From Zancudomyces culisetae HAW-14-8 (taxonomy: Eukaryota > Fungi > Kickxellomycota): DNA of 64,000 nucleotides. The stretch is taken from positions 186,001 to 250,000 of the forward strand of contig JBNJNM010000021.1 in NCBI GenBank assembly GCA_052426225.1, in the 5' to 3' direction. Below the pieces are notes generated by a model. That model was given only the letters and a program-made list of their open reading frames with translations, ran no database searches and had not been told where the DNA came from. Positions 47,786 to 60,510 of this stretch are shown piece after piece; within the stretch, counting starts at the first letter, position 1; every line of letters starts with the position of its first letter. Position numbers and translations under genes: made by a program.

Positions 47786-48429
47786 TATTGCATATATTCA
47801 AGTAGACACCGTTATTCCTACCGCATATATCATAAAAGATGCATTGATCTTTGCTTTTTTACTAATACAGAGATGGTTTACTAATTGGAGTATTTGGAAA
47901 ATAGAAATATAGATGGCTAGTTTAAAACTTTAGAAGTGTTAACGAACAATAGCAATTATAATCGCATTTGTTTTTTAAAAAAATAGAAGAAAAAAGCAAA
48001 AAAAAAAAAACAATGTTAACGAATAGAAGTCAAAGTTCAAGTGATTACATAGTTTGCGGTTTTTATAGCCATTGAACAGGAATTAATCAACCTAGTCTAC
48101 CGCTTGGGTCGCATAAAAAATAGTGGCAAAACAAATAAAATAGCCCAGAAAATATAATTATCTAGAACTCCCAAAGTTTCTGCAAGTCAATTCGCTGAGC
48201 CAAAACATCATATATTTTAGTAGCGCCTGACTGGGAGTACTTTTGAAATACTGATTTGCTACAAAAGCAGATACTGCCTTTGTTACTCTGATTGATTTTG
48301 TTAAACAAAAGGCAGTCTTTCATTGCCTCTCCGCTTGCATAATATTTTTGAAGGATTTCTCCAGCATTTCTGATATCCGGACAGTATTCATAAGATAACT
48401 TTAATCAAACAACCTCTTGGAAAGCCACA

Positions 48430-49434
48430 ATGGAAACTTTGTATGCGATCCTAACCGGGATTTTATCGGCAATTGGCGTTTTAGCGCTACTCTTGGTGAT
48501 AAGTGAATTACATTTACGCCTTAGAGGTAGAAAATTCAACGTTAATGGAAAACATTGCTATGTAACCGGTGGAAGCTCAGGGTTGGGCAAGGCTGTTGCC
48601 ATGGATCTATTCAAGGATGGTGCAAGTGTTACAATAATTGCACGAGGGCTCGATAATCTTAAATTCGCGGCCGAAGAGATTGAAAAATGTCGGGTTAATG
48701 AGACTCAAAAGATTATTTATATATCCTCAGATACTACAGACAAGCAAAGCTCCAAAGCTGCACTTGAAGAGAGTGTTGAGCGTCAGGGAAAAGAAATTGA
48801 GTATGTTTTTACTTGTGCTGGTGCCGCATATCCCGGATATTTTATTGAACAGGATGTAGAAGTATTTGAAAAAAGCATGCAACTGAACTATTTCGGTGCA
48901 CTGTATACAATACACGAGGCAACAAGAAGAATGGTAAATGCGAATATCAAGGGCCATGTGGTTCTTGTGGGGTCTACGCTAAGTATGCTTGGACTCGTAG
49001 GATATACCCAGTATTCTGCAACAAAGTTTGCAATTCGAGGGCTAGCAGAAGCACTAAGGAGCGAATTAATACTACACGGGATAAATGTCTCTGCATACTA
49101 CCCCGGAACCATACTGTCGCCTGGGTATGAGGCCGAAAACAAACTCAAACCAGAAATTTCAAAAAAAATTGAAGACGCAGTTGATGGACTTACTCCGGAG
49201 CAATGCTCTACAGCCCTACTTAAAGGGCTAAAAAGAGGCGAAGTGGCCATCACTAGTGATTTTTCTACGTTATTATTCAGGGTCGCTTCCCGAGGAGCAA
49301 TGCCAATGAACAATGTGGCTATTGATTCGGTGTTGGCAATGGTTGCCTGGGTAGCGCTTCCCATTTGGAGAATATTTGTTGACAGGACTATTTCAACATT
49401 TCAATATGGTAAGCCCAAGGCCAAACCAGAATAG
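48430..49434 (+). CDS. TSC10: 3-ketodihydrosphingosine reductase (SDR family)
   Basis: N-terminal TM, VTGGSSGLG, YTQYSATKFAIRGLAEALRSE, PGTILSPGYEAENKLKP, C-terminal hydrophobic segment. Confidence 0.93.
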   Translation: METLYAILTGILSAIGVLALLLVISELHLRLRGRKFNVNGKHCYVTGGSSGLGKAVAMDLFKDGASVTIIARGLDNLKFAAEEIEKCRVNETQKIIYISSDTTDKQSSKAALEESVERQGKEIEYVFTCAGAAYPGYFIEQDVEVFEKSMQLNYFGALYTIHEATRRMVNANIKGHVVLVGSTLSMLGLVGYTQYSATKFAIRGLAEALRSELILHGINVSAYYPGTILSPGYEAENKLKPEISKKIEDAVDGLTPEQCSTALLKGLKRGEVAITSDFSTLLFRVASRGAMPMNNVAIDSVLAMVAWVALPIWRIFVDRTISTFQYGKPKAKPE

Positions 49435-49828
49435 TTTTTTTTTCTTTGCATCTGAAACAATAAATCGGTCATCTAAAAATTAACTTTTGACTCAACCGAA
49501 ATTAAATTTGCTTGTTGTGATAACTTTTTTGACAGCATATGACTTTTCTTAATTCAATGAATACACTCTATATATATATAATTGCTATCCTTTCTATATC
49601 AACTAACAGTTGAGGAAACTTTTTCTGGACTGGATGGGTTAGGAATAGCCTTCATAGTCTGCTGTTATTCCAAAGTACATCCAAATGTGTTTACACTATT
49701 CTTGTATGTATAACCTAAAAACAATAACTATCTCGTCCAGAATTTTAGAGCAGATCATCCCTTTTGGCTTCTTTCGTGTTGGTGTAAAGTAAATGTTGCA
49801 AAAAGTTTTGATACAAAAAAATCTAGTG

Positions 49829-50478
49829 TCATACTTCGTCGTTAATATCATACAGAACATGTATTTTCAATGAACATAAATTACACGGGTATATCTCGTT
49901 CCCCATCTCTAATTCCTCCTCTGTGACTAGAAAAGTACCGCTACATCTGCATGGATGAGAAAAGCTACCGCTTTCTACTTTAGTATAGTTTTAAGAACAT
50001 TGATTTCTGTGTCATTTTAACCGGAATATATATTTTCCCATTAAATCTTTGTCAATAAAATGACTTGTTTACTAAAACAGCACTCTACATACCTTCGTCA
50101 TACGACATGTCGTCCAAATCCACTTCTTCAGTTACTATTCCTATCTCCCTTCTTCTGGCCAGTTCGCGGTCCAAATCATACTTTTTTCTGGCTTCACAAT
50201 CTCTAAGCACATTGTAGGCCTCAACAACTCTATCAAAGTCTTTATTGGAATTTTCATTCAGATGTTCACCTTTATTCAGTAGATTTTTCTCTTTATCTGG
50301 GTGTATCTATATAATTATTGAATATTTCGTTAATTTCATAATAGTTCCCCTACTCAGGCTCGTACTATTATCCGAGTTGGAAAGACAGAGTTACCTTCAG
50401 CACCAGAGATCTGAAGGCTCGTTTTACTTCTTCCTGAGTAGATCCCTTGTAAACTCCCAATGTTTCGTAGTGATCCAT
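49829..50478 (-). CDS. DPH4: Diphthamide biosynthesis J-protein Dph4 (DnaJ plus CSL zinc finger), 3 exons; absent from the ORF track
   Basis: MDHYETLGV..VKRAFRSLVLK|IHPDK..VEAYNVLRD..RKKYD..EEVDLDDMSYDE|..FSHPCRCSG..PCNLCSLKIHVLY; GT-AG introns in frame. Confidence 0.93.
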
Positions 50479-51372
50479 TCGCCTTGTTGAATGTTTTATC
50501 TCCTTTTTTTGTGCGTACTCATTTTAGCGCAAAAAAGACAAAATACCGATATTATGAATATATCAGTTATGTAAGTAAAAAAAATTTTTTTTTAAGAAAC
50601 TTTACACTATACCCAGAATCTCTAGGTGTTACACGGACACGCTATTTGCGTATACTGGTCAATTAGCAAAGCAAGGAGATACACACAATACCACTAAAAC
50701 ACCCAGAACATAGCACGCTTAAATTGGTAAAACTTATTCTCGATCTTAAAGTATAAAGTGTCGAGTGGAAACTCAAGAATTTCTCGCGCTTTACTCGTTG
50801 CTTTAATCACATTCACCATCCTTACTTTCTAACCCTTATCACGAGAGTATATGTTGATGAGACTTTTCATGGACTAGAATTCGGAAATGCCAACTCCTTG
50901 ATACTAAAATATACTCGGAATCCAGAAACGGAACTTTCAGGATGCTACCTCGCTAATTTGTTTTCAGCCTGCAGAAACAAATGCTCTCCACCCATTGTTT
51001 AATATTTATCTGAATGTGAAAAATCACGTTCTTCAAGTCAAAAATATTACCGACCAACTACTACTACAGGATGATGGAAAATTGACCTACTTCTCGTCCC
51101 CTGTCTCCACCTCGAAACTGCCCCATGCTTTTCAATTTTGCTTATCATTTCTGTGTGTTTCAAATCCTGTTCTGGCTACGCAAAATAGCTTGCAATAGTT
51201 CCAGAAACATAATTCCTCACTGTTCTGTTTCAGATATTTATACAATGTCTTTTCCTTGATTCCCTTCACCAACCTGACCTTCTATTCAAATATTACCAAC
51301 GAGCCCAGATTTGTACTTTATTTTATCACCAAATATTCACTAAAACGCGTGTTGACCAGGCAAAGAACCGAG

Positions 51373-52446
51373 ATGAGAATCGACCAAATCAAAAAACAAC
51401 TCCAAGACTTTTTTTTCCTCCAGGAAGCTGACAAGGATATTTATTTCACTGAGGTAACTCATATCCCGGGGGCAGCTAGAGGTGTATTTGGAGGGCAGGT
51501 TGTAGCCCAATCCTTGGCTTGTGCAATTCTCACGGTGGACACCAAATTCAGAGCACATTCACTCCATTCATACTTTTTGCTTGCAGGAAAGAAAGATGTT
51601 CCGATTTATTATCATGTCGAGAGAATTAGGGACGGAAAGTCCTTTGCCTCCAGAACTGTTGTGGCAAAACAAAAGGGCAAGATAATATTCTCTCTTTCGG
51701 CTAGCTTCCAGAAACCAGAATTCTCGCACATCACTCACCAGCACAAGGCTCCAGCCGTAATTCCGATTAACGAAGCTGAGCGTAAAAATCGCGGATCTGG
51801 AGGATCTTCAGAGAAAAACTATTCCTTTGATGACGATGAATACCTGGTGGATGTTGGTGCTCTCAAACTTTCCGTTATTAGGGCTAAGCCAGAAGACAAA
51901 GAACTAGACAAAAACCTCGGCCTATCGAAACTACACAATATTAGGTACAGGGCTGAGAATGGTATTCCCTATGAGGAAAATGAAATCAGAGCTCCATATG
52001 ATCTGACGTGGTATAAAATTATCAAAAATCTGGAGCATTTGGCACCACAGGTCCATCAGTGTATTTTAGCATACATTTCAGATTGGGGATTTTTAAGTAC
52101 TTCTAGATTTCCTCATGCGTATGGCTATAACGCCAAAAAGAATAGCTTAGATATGACAGTTAGTTTGGATCATACAATATGGTTCCATTCAGACATAAGA
52201 GTAGATAAACGGTTTTTGTTTGAGAGCGAATCAACAAGGATGGTTAATAGTAGAGCTCTAGTTTATGGACGGGTTTACAACTCGAGTGGCGAACTATGCG
52301 CTTCTGTTTCTCAAGAAGGGCTTGTCAGAGCATCAAATTTAACGAAGAGTGTTCCTAAACCCTTGTACTTTAAAAGTACGTTTCCAAAACTTGATAATAC
52401 GACCGCGCCAGACTCCTCAGGTCCCAAAATGTTTGCTAAGCTCTAG
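51373..52446 (+). CDS. TES1: Peroxisomal acyl-CoA thioesterase II (TesB/ACOT8 family)
   Basis: RGVFGGQVVAQ, HSLHSYFLLAG, VERIRDGKSFASR, LAYISD, SLDHTIWFH, SQEGLVR; C-terminal PTS1 AKL. ATG 51373 is the likely start. Confidence 0.94.
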   Translation: MRIDQIKKQLQDFFFLQEADKDIYFTEVTHIPGAARGVFGGQVVAQSLACAILTVDTKFRAHSLHSYFLLAGKKDVPIYYHVERIRDGKSFASRTVVAKQKGKIIFSLSASFQKPEFSHITHQHKAPAVIPINEAERKNRGSGGSSEKNYSFDDDEYLVDVGALKLSVIRAKPEDKELDKNLGLSKLHNIRYRAENGIPYEENEIRAPYDLTWYKIIKNLEHLAPQVHQCILAYISDWGFLSTSRFPHAYGYNAKKNSLDMTVSLDHTIWFHSDIRVDKRFLFESESTRMVNSRALVYGRVYNSSGELCASVSQEGLVRASNLTKSVPKPLYFKSTFPKLDNTTAPDSSGPKMFAKL

Positions 52447-55400
52447 GTCACAGAGATGCCTTTTCGACCTTTATCTCTCACTTTCTGCTTTTTTTATTTG
52501 ATTGTTTATATACCTAGTAGTTTTGAATTTATGAATAGAGTGGTGCGACGGGTGTGAACCAGAAAATTTTTTGCACTAAATAAGGGTTCCATGTATTGAT
52601 GTACGTTCAGCATTTCTACTAGAAAAACAATGTTGTATGAAAAAAGAAACAAGTGTTAGATTTGGATATTTCCACTTAACTAAAGGTGGGCGATAATACT
52701 CACAGGTTGCGCCAACGTTTTAAGTTTTGTGGCGAATTTTCAGTTTCCAACATAATTTCTATAGAAGAAAGCAAGCTTTACCAAAGACTAATTTGGCTTC
52801 TTCAGAGTGTTCCCGATAGAAATATCGCTTCTAGCAGATTATTTGTACACTACAGTGCATCTTAAGAGAAAATATAGTAAAAACTATACTAAGAAGAACG
52901 GTAACAACTAAACGCAAGCCTAGCTAGACATGACATCAAAAAGCGAATGCCAGATGGCATCTTAGCACTGTCAGCGCGATTTTCTTGCGTGAGCTAAATG
53001 CGATTTGTTGTGTTTATTAAAGGTCCTGCAAATAAAAACCATTTGAACATATCACGTTATTTCGCTGCACGTTTTTTGCGTCATTGTGTCACAAGAATTC
53101 ACTCTGTAATAAATCGCTCTAGATTTTCATGACATACACAAGGCATTTTACAATAAAAAAAATATTCTGGATTAGTCGCGATTTACGGGTGAATCTACAG
53201 AAATTGGTTGCGTGTTACCAACCCTAGAAGTATACTAGTCTAAATGCTAAAAAAATACATAGTCTAGAGAGTGGGTACACTTTTTGTACAAATACAGTGT
53301 GTGATGGGTATTGCATTGGGATGTGGCCGTAGTTGTATATGTGAGCCCTCAACATAATTGATATATCACTTCCCCTGTACGGCCTTTAGAAAATTTAGTT
53401 TTTTGTAAATACCGCACGTGTATTTGCTCATGTGCAATATACCATGTAAAGAGCTTGGTGTGTGGGCGCAAAATATTTTTATCACTACCAAACCAAATCT
53501 GGTTGGGAATTAGAAAATAAAAGGTGCTATGCTTCCACTGTAATATAAGATAGCTAGAAAATGGCAAAAGGTGATTCGAGAGCAAACAAAGCGGGGTATA
53601 CTCATTAATACGCAAATCAATGGTTCTTCTTGTAAATGCAGATGAACATTGGATTTTTCTCCAACGATACTTGTTTTATAGGAAAAAGGCAAAAAATGTT
53701 ACAAAACTATAGGCCCATACTTGACCTTGTTTTCAGCCAATTACTGCGTATTTCAAATCCACATTGAGCGAAAAAATGTATAGCAAAAAATAAAATTATT
53801 CATTCAATCCAAAAGGCGAAAAAAAAAAACTAGGTAAAAAATCTATTGGGGTTGTTGAAAAAGCGGTACCTTGTACCCTCCTCGCGCCATTTTATTTTAC
53901 AATACGTTCGCTCAAGGTTCACCACTGGTTAATAGTATTATTTATGGGGTTAGAGACTACCGAAACCAAAAATACTACTCATGTTTTGTATTTCATCAAA
54001 GTAAATGAAAAGGGGTTTTGTAAAGGAGAAAACCCCCCGCTCGCACCAAGCGACATGTATGGGAGTAAAGAAATGCCAAAAATCCTGGTAGCTCTGTTTT
54101 AGCTGGTGGTACATCTAAAGGTGGCAAATACCCGGAGTTGGTTTCCGCTCTAGTATGCATCGTGCCTATTGTTCTTATTGTTCTTATTGATGAAGATATG
54201 GATATGTGAAAATGGGGATAAAAGTAAAAGATTGATAGCTAAACAGGTGATTTATACAGAGATGCAAAGTACAGAGAGGATTAAGGCTAAGGCAAATGCA
54301 ACAATCGGTTTTCCTGTTTTACTTTTATTTCCCGTAATAGTTAAGTAACAAACGCTTATTTTTTTTACCCTGACCCTGTTGTTGTTAATTTCTCTGTATC
54401 AAAATTAGCACCAATTACTAAAATGAAAGGATAAATGAAACGTGACTAGTACATTAACGTCATATATACGTGATACGATAGCCCTCGGTTTCCACGTACA
54501 AAGTATTCTAATATTAAAATTGAAAATACATATTCATGACTTGCTATGGAAAAGTTAGAGCATCGGGGATAAGAATTGCCTTAAATTCTACAAAAAAAAA
54601 GCCTATAAACACAGTTTTACGCATTAGAGCATGTTATTGGATTCAAGACATTTGTAAAGTAAAACATAATTGACTAGATGCTCGAAATACATTAACACAT
54701 CGCAAATCAGCGATTTTGCCAGCTTGCATCAGAATAAAAAGAATATGGCCCTTTATCCTCCTCTCCCACCCTCTCCCCTCCCACTAAAATACATAATCGA
54801 AAAAAAAAAGCTAGATTTTAAAACTAATTTGCATATCAAAATTAATTTTGCTTTTCCGAAGCGTAAAGTCATTCCTATTAGCCATAGGGAGTAAAGGGGA
54901 AAATCATATCAAAAAAGTTTTCGAACTGGCGAATTAAAAAATGGGAATTCGTATTTTTATTTGCTATAAAAAAATCAAATGCATGATTGGACAGTAGCAG
55001 ATAAAAAAAAATAATTCCTAGTAAAAAAATGTAATAATCTCTCCAATGTGAGTGTGAACGACCAAAATTGTTGGTTGGTTCAGGTGTATAAAATTTTGTA
55101 AGGCGAAATTCATGTTTGCAAAGTTTTCTGCTAGAAACAGAACTTTCTGTTAAAAAGTAACTGAATACGAAAATCCTAGATACAACAGAACAAGATACTA
55201 AAGAAAAACCTTATATGGTAGACAAACAAACGCTGGTCTTAGGAGGCTGAATAGGTATGTTGTATTAACTTTAATTACTCTTATTTACGCATTTTGACTA
55301 GAAAAAGTGGACAGGAAAGGAAGAATGGCAAAGAGCAAACAGGAAATGCAATTTCCTACTCCATTTGTTATAAGGGAATGGAAAGCGTATATATAGTCTC

Positions 55401-56452
55401 GTTTTGATAGCAACGGCCATCAAGACCAGTGTTATCTACATTTAGAAGGGGAACCTGACTGCTAGCTAAGAAGAGAGTGTGTAAAGGCGATTTGTATATG
55501 GTGGAAAAATTTTTTTTTCGACATTGAGATTTCAGGGGTTCGGTTTTGCTTTGTTTTGCCCTCTGTTTTACATTTATCTTTATAAAGCACAGGTCAATAC
55601 TGGTACGTTAGCTGCTACATACTTGTTGGACAGAATCTATTTCAAAACCACGATAAAGAATATTTGCGAGAACAGCAGTGAAGCCATTTTGGAGCAACCT
55701 CTGGTTTGTATTTGACTATTTATTAAATGGTGAGTTCTTTACACGAGGGGAAGGGTTAAAGGGTTGAAAACCTTTAAATACTTAAAATAAAAGATGACAT
55801 TCAATCGTTGTTGGGATTGGTGAGAGGGTCATATGGAGTGGCAGTGAGAATAAAATCGATTTTTGAGCTTTGTGGCACATAGTGGAGCCATTTTGCTTAG
55901 AGCTCTACCGCGATTGATAAAGATATGTATTTTTTTTGTTTTTTTTTTAACACGAAGGATTTTATGAAAATGTTGATCTCTGGAGGCGACTGCCTTGCTC
56001 CTTTACACCTTTTTTCGTTGGTGATGCAAATTCTTGGAACAGTGGAAATGAAATTATTAGGTTTACTCTTATTTGGAGGGGAGGGGGGGAGTATAAAACA
56101 TCAATGAAATAGTCCTGCGAAAATAATTATCTAAGCAATCTTTTTTGTTAAGGAGGGAGGAGATTTGAAAGGTGGTTTAAAATTAGTAAATATATTGCAG
56201 TCCTGTATTTCAACTATCGAATCGGCTAGCTGGATGTGTATTAAACTTGAGAATAATACGCATATATAGAAACATATAGCGTATGACTAGTTAAAGGCGA
56301 TCTTCTTCTGAAACTTTTCAGTCATACTCGAATGGTATCTAATTATATAACATTTTCTCTATCATAGATCTAAGAGTAATTGAAAAATCTTCGGATAATA
56401 GCCAATTTGTTAAAAAAATATATCAAAACAAAAGCACAAGTATACGAAAATA

Positions 56453-58141
56453 ATGGAAGGAAGGGGTGAAGTGGGGGTGCAGAGAGGATACTACGTTGGA
56501 AAAAGCAAAACCGAGAGCAGCAACATTGAAGATAGCATTTTTGAAACGGATTCAGAGCTTGACTCGTTGAGTAGCTATTCGGGAAATAGTAGTGATTTGA
56601 TTACAGAAGATGACATTCTTGAGGTTGAAGATCTGGATATGGTAAGTGAAGCCTCTATTGGAAAGGGTACAGATATGCAGCCAAAGGATTTCCAAGAGGA
56701 TAAAGCATCAAAAGAGAAAGACTGTGAGAAGGTACATGACAAAGGGGCCGAGGATAAAGATCTCGTAAATGATGAAAAGGAGCGGATACAGGAAGAAGAA
56801 AAGTGTGAGTATGTAAAGAAGGAAGTATCATCATCAATACAGAGTGAGCTTAAAGGCGAAGAGGAGAAGAAGGAGAAGGAGGTTATGAAAAAAGTAAAAG
56901 AAGAAAATTTAGAAAAAACGGCAGTGATGAAGGAGACAAAAGAAATAGAGAAAGTAGTGAAAACAGAGGGAGAAGAGGCTAAAGCAAAAAAGGAAATTGT
57001 AGTGGAAGGAGAGGGGAAAGAGGAAGACGAAGAGAAAAGAGAAGACGAGGAGAAAAGAGAAGATGAAGAGGAAATGGAAAAGGAGGAGGAAGGGGAAGGG
57101 GAAGGGGAGAGGGAAGGGAATATGGTAGCAACACATGACGAAAACCAAGAGGAGGAAGAGGAAGCACTGCGAATAAAGGCACTTCAAAGGTTAACGCAGA
57201 TAGAAACACAATTTGCAACGATGAGAGAAAGAATATACAAACAAAAACAATCCTATTTAGGATTTGAAGAAGAGATGCTTCACCAGTTGATCCACCCATC
57301 TCTGACCTTGGAGCTGTGTACATTGAAGCAAAAACTAGATAATAAAATCAAAAAAATTAGAACAGAACACAAGGTACGACGCGAGCTATTTATGAGGCAG
57401 TTTGAGCAGAATATTACTTCAATAAACCAAAGCTTCCATTACCGAAAAATGGCAGTGCGTAGAGACATGTTAGAGACACTTTCATTTAAACAAGCATCAG
57501 TAAGAAGTGATATGTGTATTTTCAAATCTAGCAGCAATACTGCACGAACTACGAAAGACTTGGTGAGCAGAAAAAAGAAAAAGACAAAAGACAACAAATC
57601 ACATGTTGGATCCCAGCTCAAAGGGGCCAAAAAAGATGAAATTCAGGAAGATTTGATGGCTATGGGGTTAATACCTTACTACCACAAACCAGCTTATGCC
57701 GAACACACCAAAAAAAGCAAACCAAACATGTCCTATACCTCATATGGTTATCTACAAAATACCCAGCCCATTACCAACCAGACACACCACACATATTACC
57801 CATCCTCCATCAATTCTTATCCCGGATACGCCACTTCTCCTTCTTCGATGGCTAAACCTCTCTTAGCTGTAGATAACTCATCTTTTTATTATCCTGCACC
57901 ATCTGCAAACAACACTGTCTTTCATTCTCCCAACTACTATGACGATCTTGGGAACTCCACTGTTTACAATGGCACAAGCAAACTACTTGCTACGAATTCA
58001 AACTCAACCAACTCTACGGTTGGTAGCGTTACAACCAATATTGAAACTTCCTACAGCAATGATCCTTCAAAGTATGCCGCAAGACTACCCAAAATCAAGC
58101 TTTCTAGATCCAACTTGCTGAGGATTGGAAAGAACCCCTAA
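56453..58141 (+). CDS. Sds3-like family (Dep1/Sds3, Rpd3L complex) protein
   Basis: Acidic N-terminus, then RIKALQRLTQIETQFATMRERIYKQK..EEEML..IHP coiled coil, and GAKKDEIQEDLMAM. Confidence 0.8.
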   Translation: MEGRGEVGVQRGYYVGKSKTESSNIEDSIFETDSELDSLSSYSGNSSDLITEDDILEVEDLDMVSEASIGKGTDMQPKDFQEDKASKEKDCEKVHDKGAEDKDLVNDEKERIQEEEKCEYVKKEVSSSIQSELKGEEEKKEKEVMKKVKEENLEKTAVMKETKEIEKVVKTEGEEAKAKKEIVVEGEGKEEDEEKREDEEKREDEEEMEKEEEGEGEGEREGNMVATHDENQEEEEEALRIKALQRLTQIETQFATMRERIYKQKQSYLGFEEEMLHQLIHPSLTLELCTLKQKLDNKIKKIRTEHKVRRELFMRQFEQNITSINQSFHYRKMAVRRDMLETLSFKQASVRSDMCIFKSSSNTARTTKDLVSRKKKKTKDNKSHVGSQLKGAKKDEIQEDLMAMGLIPYYHKPAYAEHTKKSKPNMSYTSYGYLQNTQPITNQTHHTYYPSSINSYPGYATSPSSMAKPLLAVDNSSFYYPAPSANNTVFHSPNYYDDLGNSTVYNGTSKLLATNSNSTNSTVGSVTTNIETSYSNDPSKYAARLPKIKLSRSNLLRIGKNP

Positions 58142-58902
58142 CGCCAATGCTATCATTCTTAATTTTTTTAATTTTTGTTTCGCTATACGCTATATTGACC
58201 GATAATTTTTCTATTAACGTGTCTAGATTTATTTAATATTTTCTCAGGGTATTTACTTGTCTATAGTTTTCCTGCGTGCCTATCATAATCTTTATATATT
58301 CGCCTTGATATTGCTTTTTAACAACCCAATAGAGCCGTAGATGATATTTAAATGTGTGTAAACTATTTCTTAACAATTAACTGTCTTTACTGGTCAATAA
58401 CATCCTGATGATGTCTTGGTGGACTTTTCTGATAGATGTGTCCACCAATATAGTAGTATAATGCGTTCCCCTCTCTCTACCATATTTTTTTAAGCCAACT
58501 TGCTGGAATATACCAACTGGTTTTGATGAAAAAGACATTGCTGTTTTCTTTGTTGGTGGCCAGATCGCGGTCATTGTAGCCAAAGAAAATTTTTTTTTCC
58601 AAGTTTTGCAAATTGATTCTACTCCACCCAACCAAATTAGAGTATAAAGCAAGTTGGATAAATACAACACGAAAATTGACAACGAAAATCAAAATTGTTA
58701 GAGGGGGAAGGGGCAACTTTGATGTGGATTTTTGTAAACACGTTATTTGATAACACGTGCAGATTTTCAATCAAAGCACAATCCACTTTGAGATTCTGAT
58801 ATACAATATATATTTTTCTTATGCTTTTTCTTGTTACTTTTTTTCCTAAAAGTATACAAGAAGCAATTTTAGAGACAAATCACGTTGAAAAAAGTAGGAT
58901 AA

Positions 58903-60510
58903 ATGTCGCTAAGATCACTGGTCGAAGATAGTTTTTCGGAAAACGATTCCTCTGATGAAAGCTTTATCTTGACAAAAGGTAATTTAACACCAACCATTCT
59001 TATACGATGTTGAGTACGTATCAAGCAGTTTTAAAGTAAAGAAGCGAAAAAAAATAGAGAATGCTGAATTGAGCGATAAGAACCTAAACGATGAATCTAG
59101 TTCGGATGACTCGGGCTCAGATCGCGAGGGGGATAATGAGAATCCTGACGAAAAATCCCCAAATGAAGCTCAAAACGAGTATTTAAACGAATCTGATCGA
59201 ACGAAAAAGCGCGAAGCTAAATGTAAAATTTCAATCCAATCCATTCTTGGTTTTATTTTTATTTATTCCCTTGTGAGGTAGTAGTGATGAGTAGTGGGAG
59301 AGGAGAAGAGAAATGGTTTTGATACCACAAACGAGTTAAAATAAATTATGAACCGTCATTAGCAAACGAAAAAAAGGAACAGAAATCGATAATGGAATCC
59401 TCAAGTAAAAACACTAAAAAGTAAGAGAACAATTGTTATCTCGCATTAATCCTTAGTTCGTATTGCTAGCCATAAACCACATATGTTTCTGTATTTCCGA
59501 GCAATAATGGCCGATAATATCTATAAAAAGAAATGCCAAACTAAAACATAGGATTGAAGCAAGTCTAGATACAAAAGCTCTACTTGAGGCCGATTTTTCA
59601 AATGAAGATTCTTCTGATGAAGAATACGAACCAGAAGGTACGAAATAAAAATAGTAGTTACCGAAACACAAACAAGTATAAAAAGAAATTATGGTGTAGT
59701 CTTGGTGATACCAGTGCTAAAATTTCACGTTTGATATTATATAGGAAATGAAAGCGACGAAGAAGAGGAAGTTTTGTATCAAGAGTTGGGTCAGGTTGGT
59801 GAGAGTTCAAGGTAATGAAAAGCCCTAGCGCGTTTTATTTCTTCTGGTCTCAAGCAGGCCGAGTAATTACACCTGAATAGGGTGGTAAGATGCTAATCAG
59901 GTAGTATATGTATTACATTAGAACGCAAGAAGAGGAGCAGGAAAGAAAAAGAAAGATGGACGATATTTGGAACCAGATGAATGAACCTCAATCCAAAAGA
60001 CAAAGAGGTTCATCACTCCAACAACAGCCATTAAAAAAGTTTGAAGGAAACGGAAAAGGCAGAGATGTTTTTGTAGCAGAAACAGAGACCGAATATGTAC
60101 ACAACACAGACAAGAGCATCAATGACACTGCACAAGATGATAAACCAGACGACATAGTTTCGAAAAATGGAGCTAGTGATATTGGTAATGATAATAGCCA
60201 TAATAATATTGGTCAATCACATTGTAATAGTAAATCTGTACTTCCCGAAAGGAAAGCAAAAATAAAATACGTCCGTCCTGTTTCAAAATTTAGTCAAATA
60301 GAGGCCGAGGTTGAACGAGTCTTTGGGTCCAAGAAAAAGTTAAACATGGTTGAAAAATCTAAATTACAATGGGATGAATATATAAAGAAAGAGGGGATTG
60401 AGGACAAGCTCAAGCATTATAACAAGGATGGATATGTGGAAAAAACGGAATTTTTGGCTAGATCTAACGAAAGACAATATGAAGCTTTCCGAAGCCTTTC
60501 TAAAAAATAA
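58903..60510 (+). CDS. SWC5: SWR1 complex subunit Swc5/CFDP1 (BCNT-C domain), 6 exons
   Basis: Exons 58903-58978, 59058-59222, 59363-59420, 59552-59637, ~59745-59811, ~59922-60510 splice in frame; acidic DSSDEEYEP; KLNMVEKSKLQWDEYIKKEGIEDKLKHYNKDGYVEKTEFLAR. Confidence 0.9.

Noticed and set aside
55215-55396. Mini-gene MVDKQTLVLGG-TGA-I|EKVDRK.. with a putative 47-nt intron (55255-55301)
   Set aside because: The intron is much shorter than verified introns here, the product matches no selenoprotein I recognise, and no SECIS was identified.
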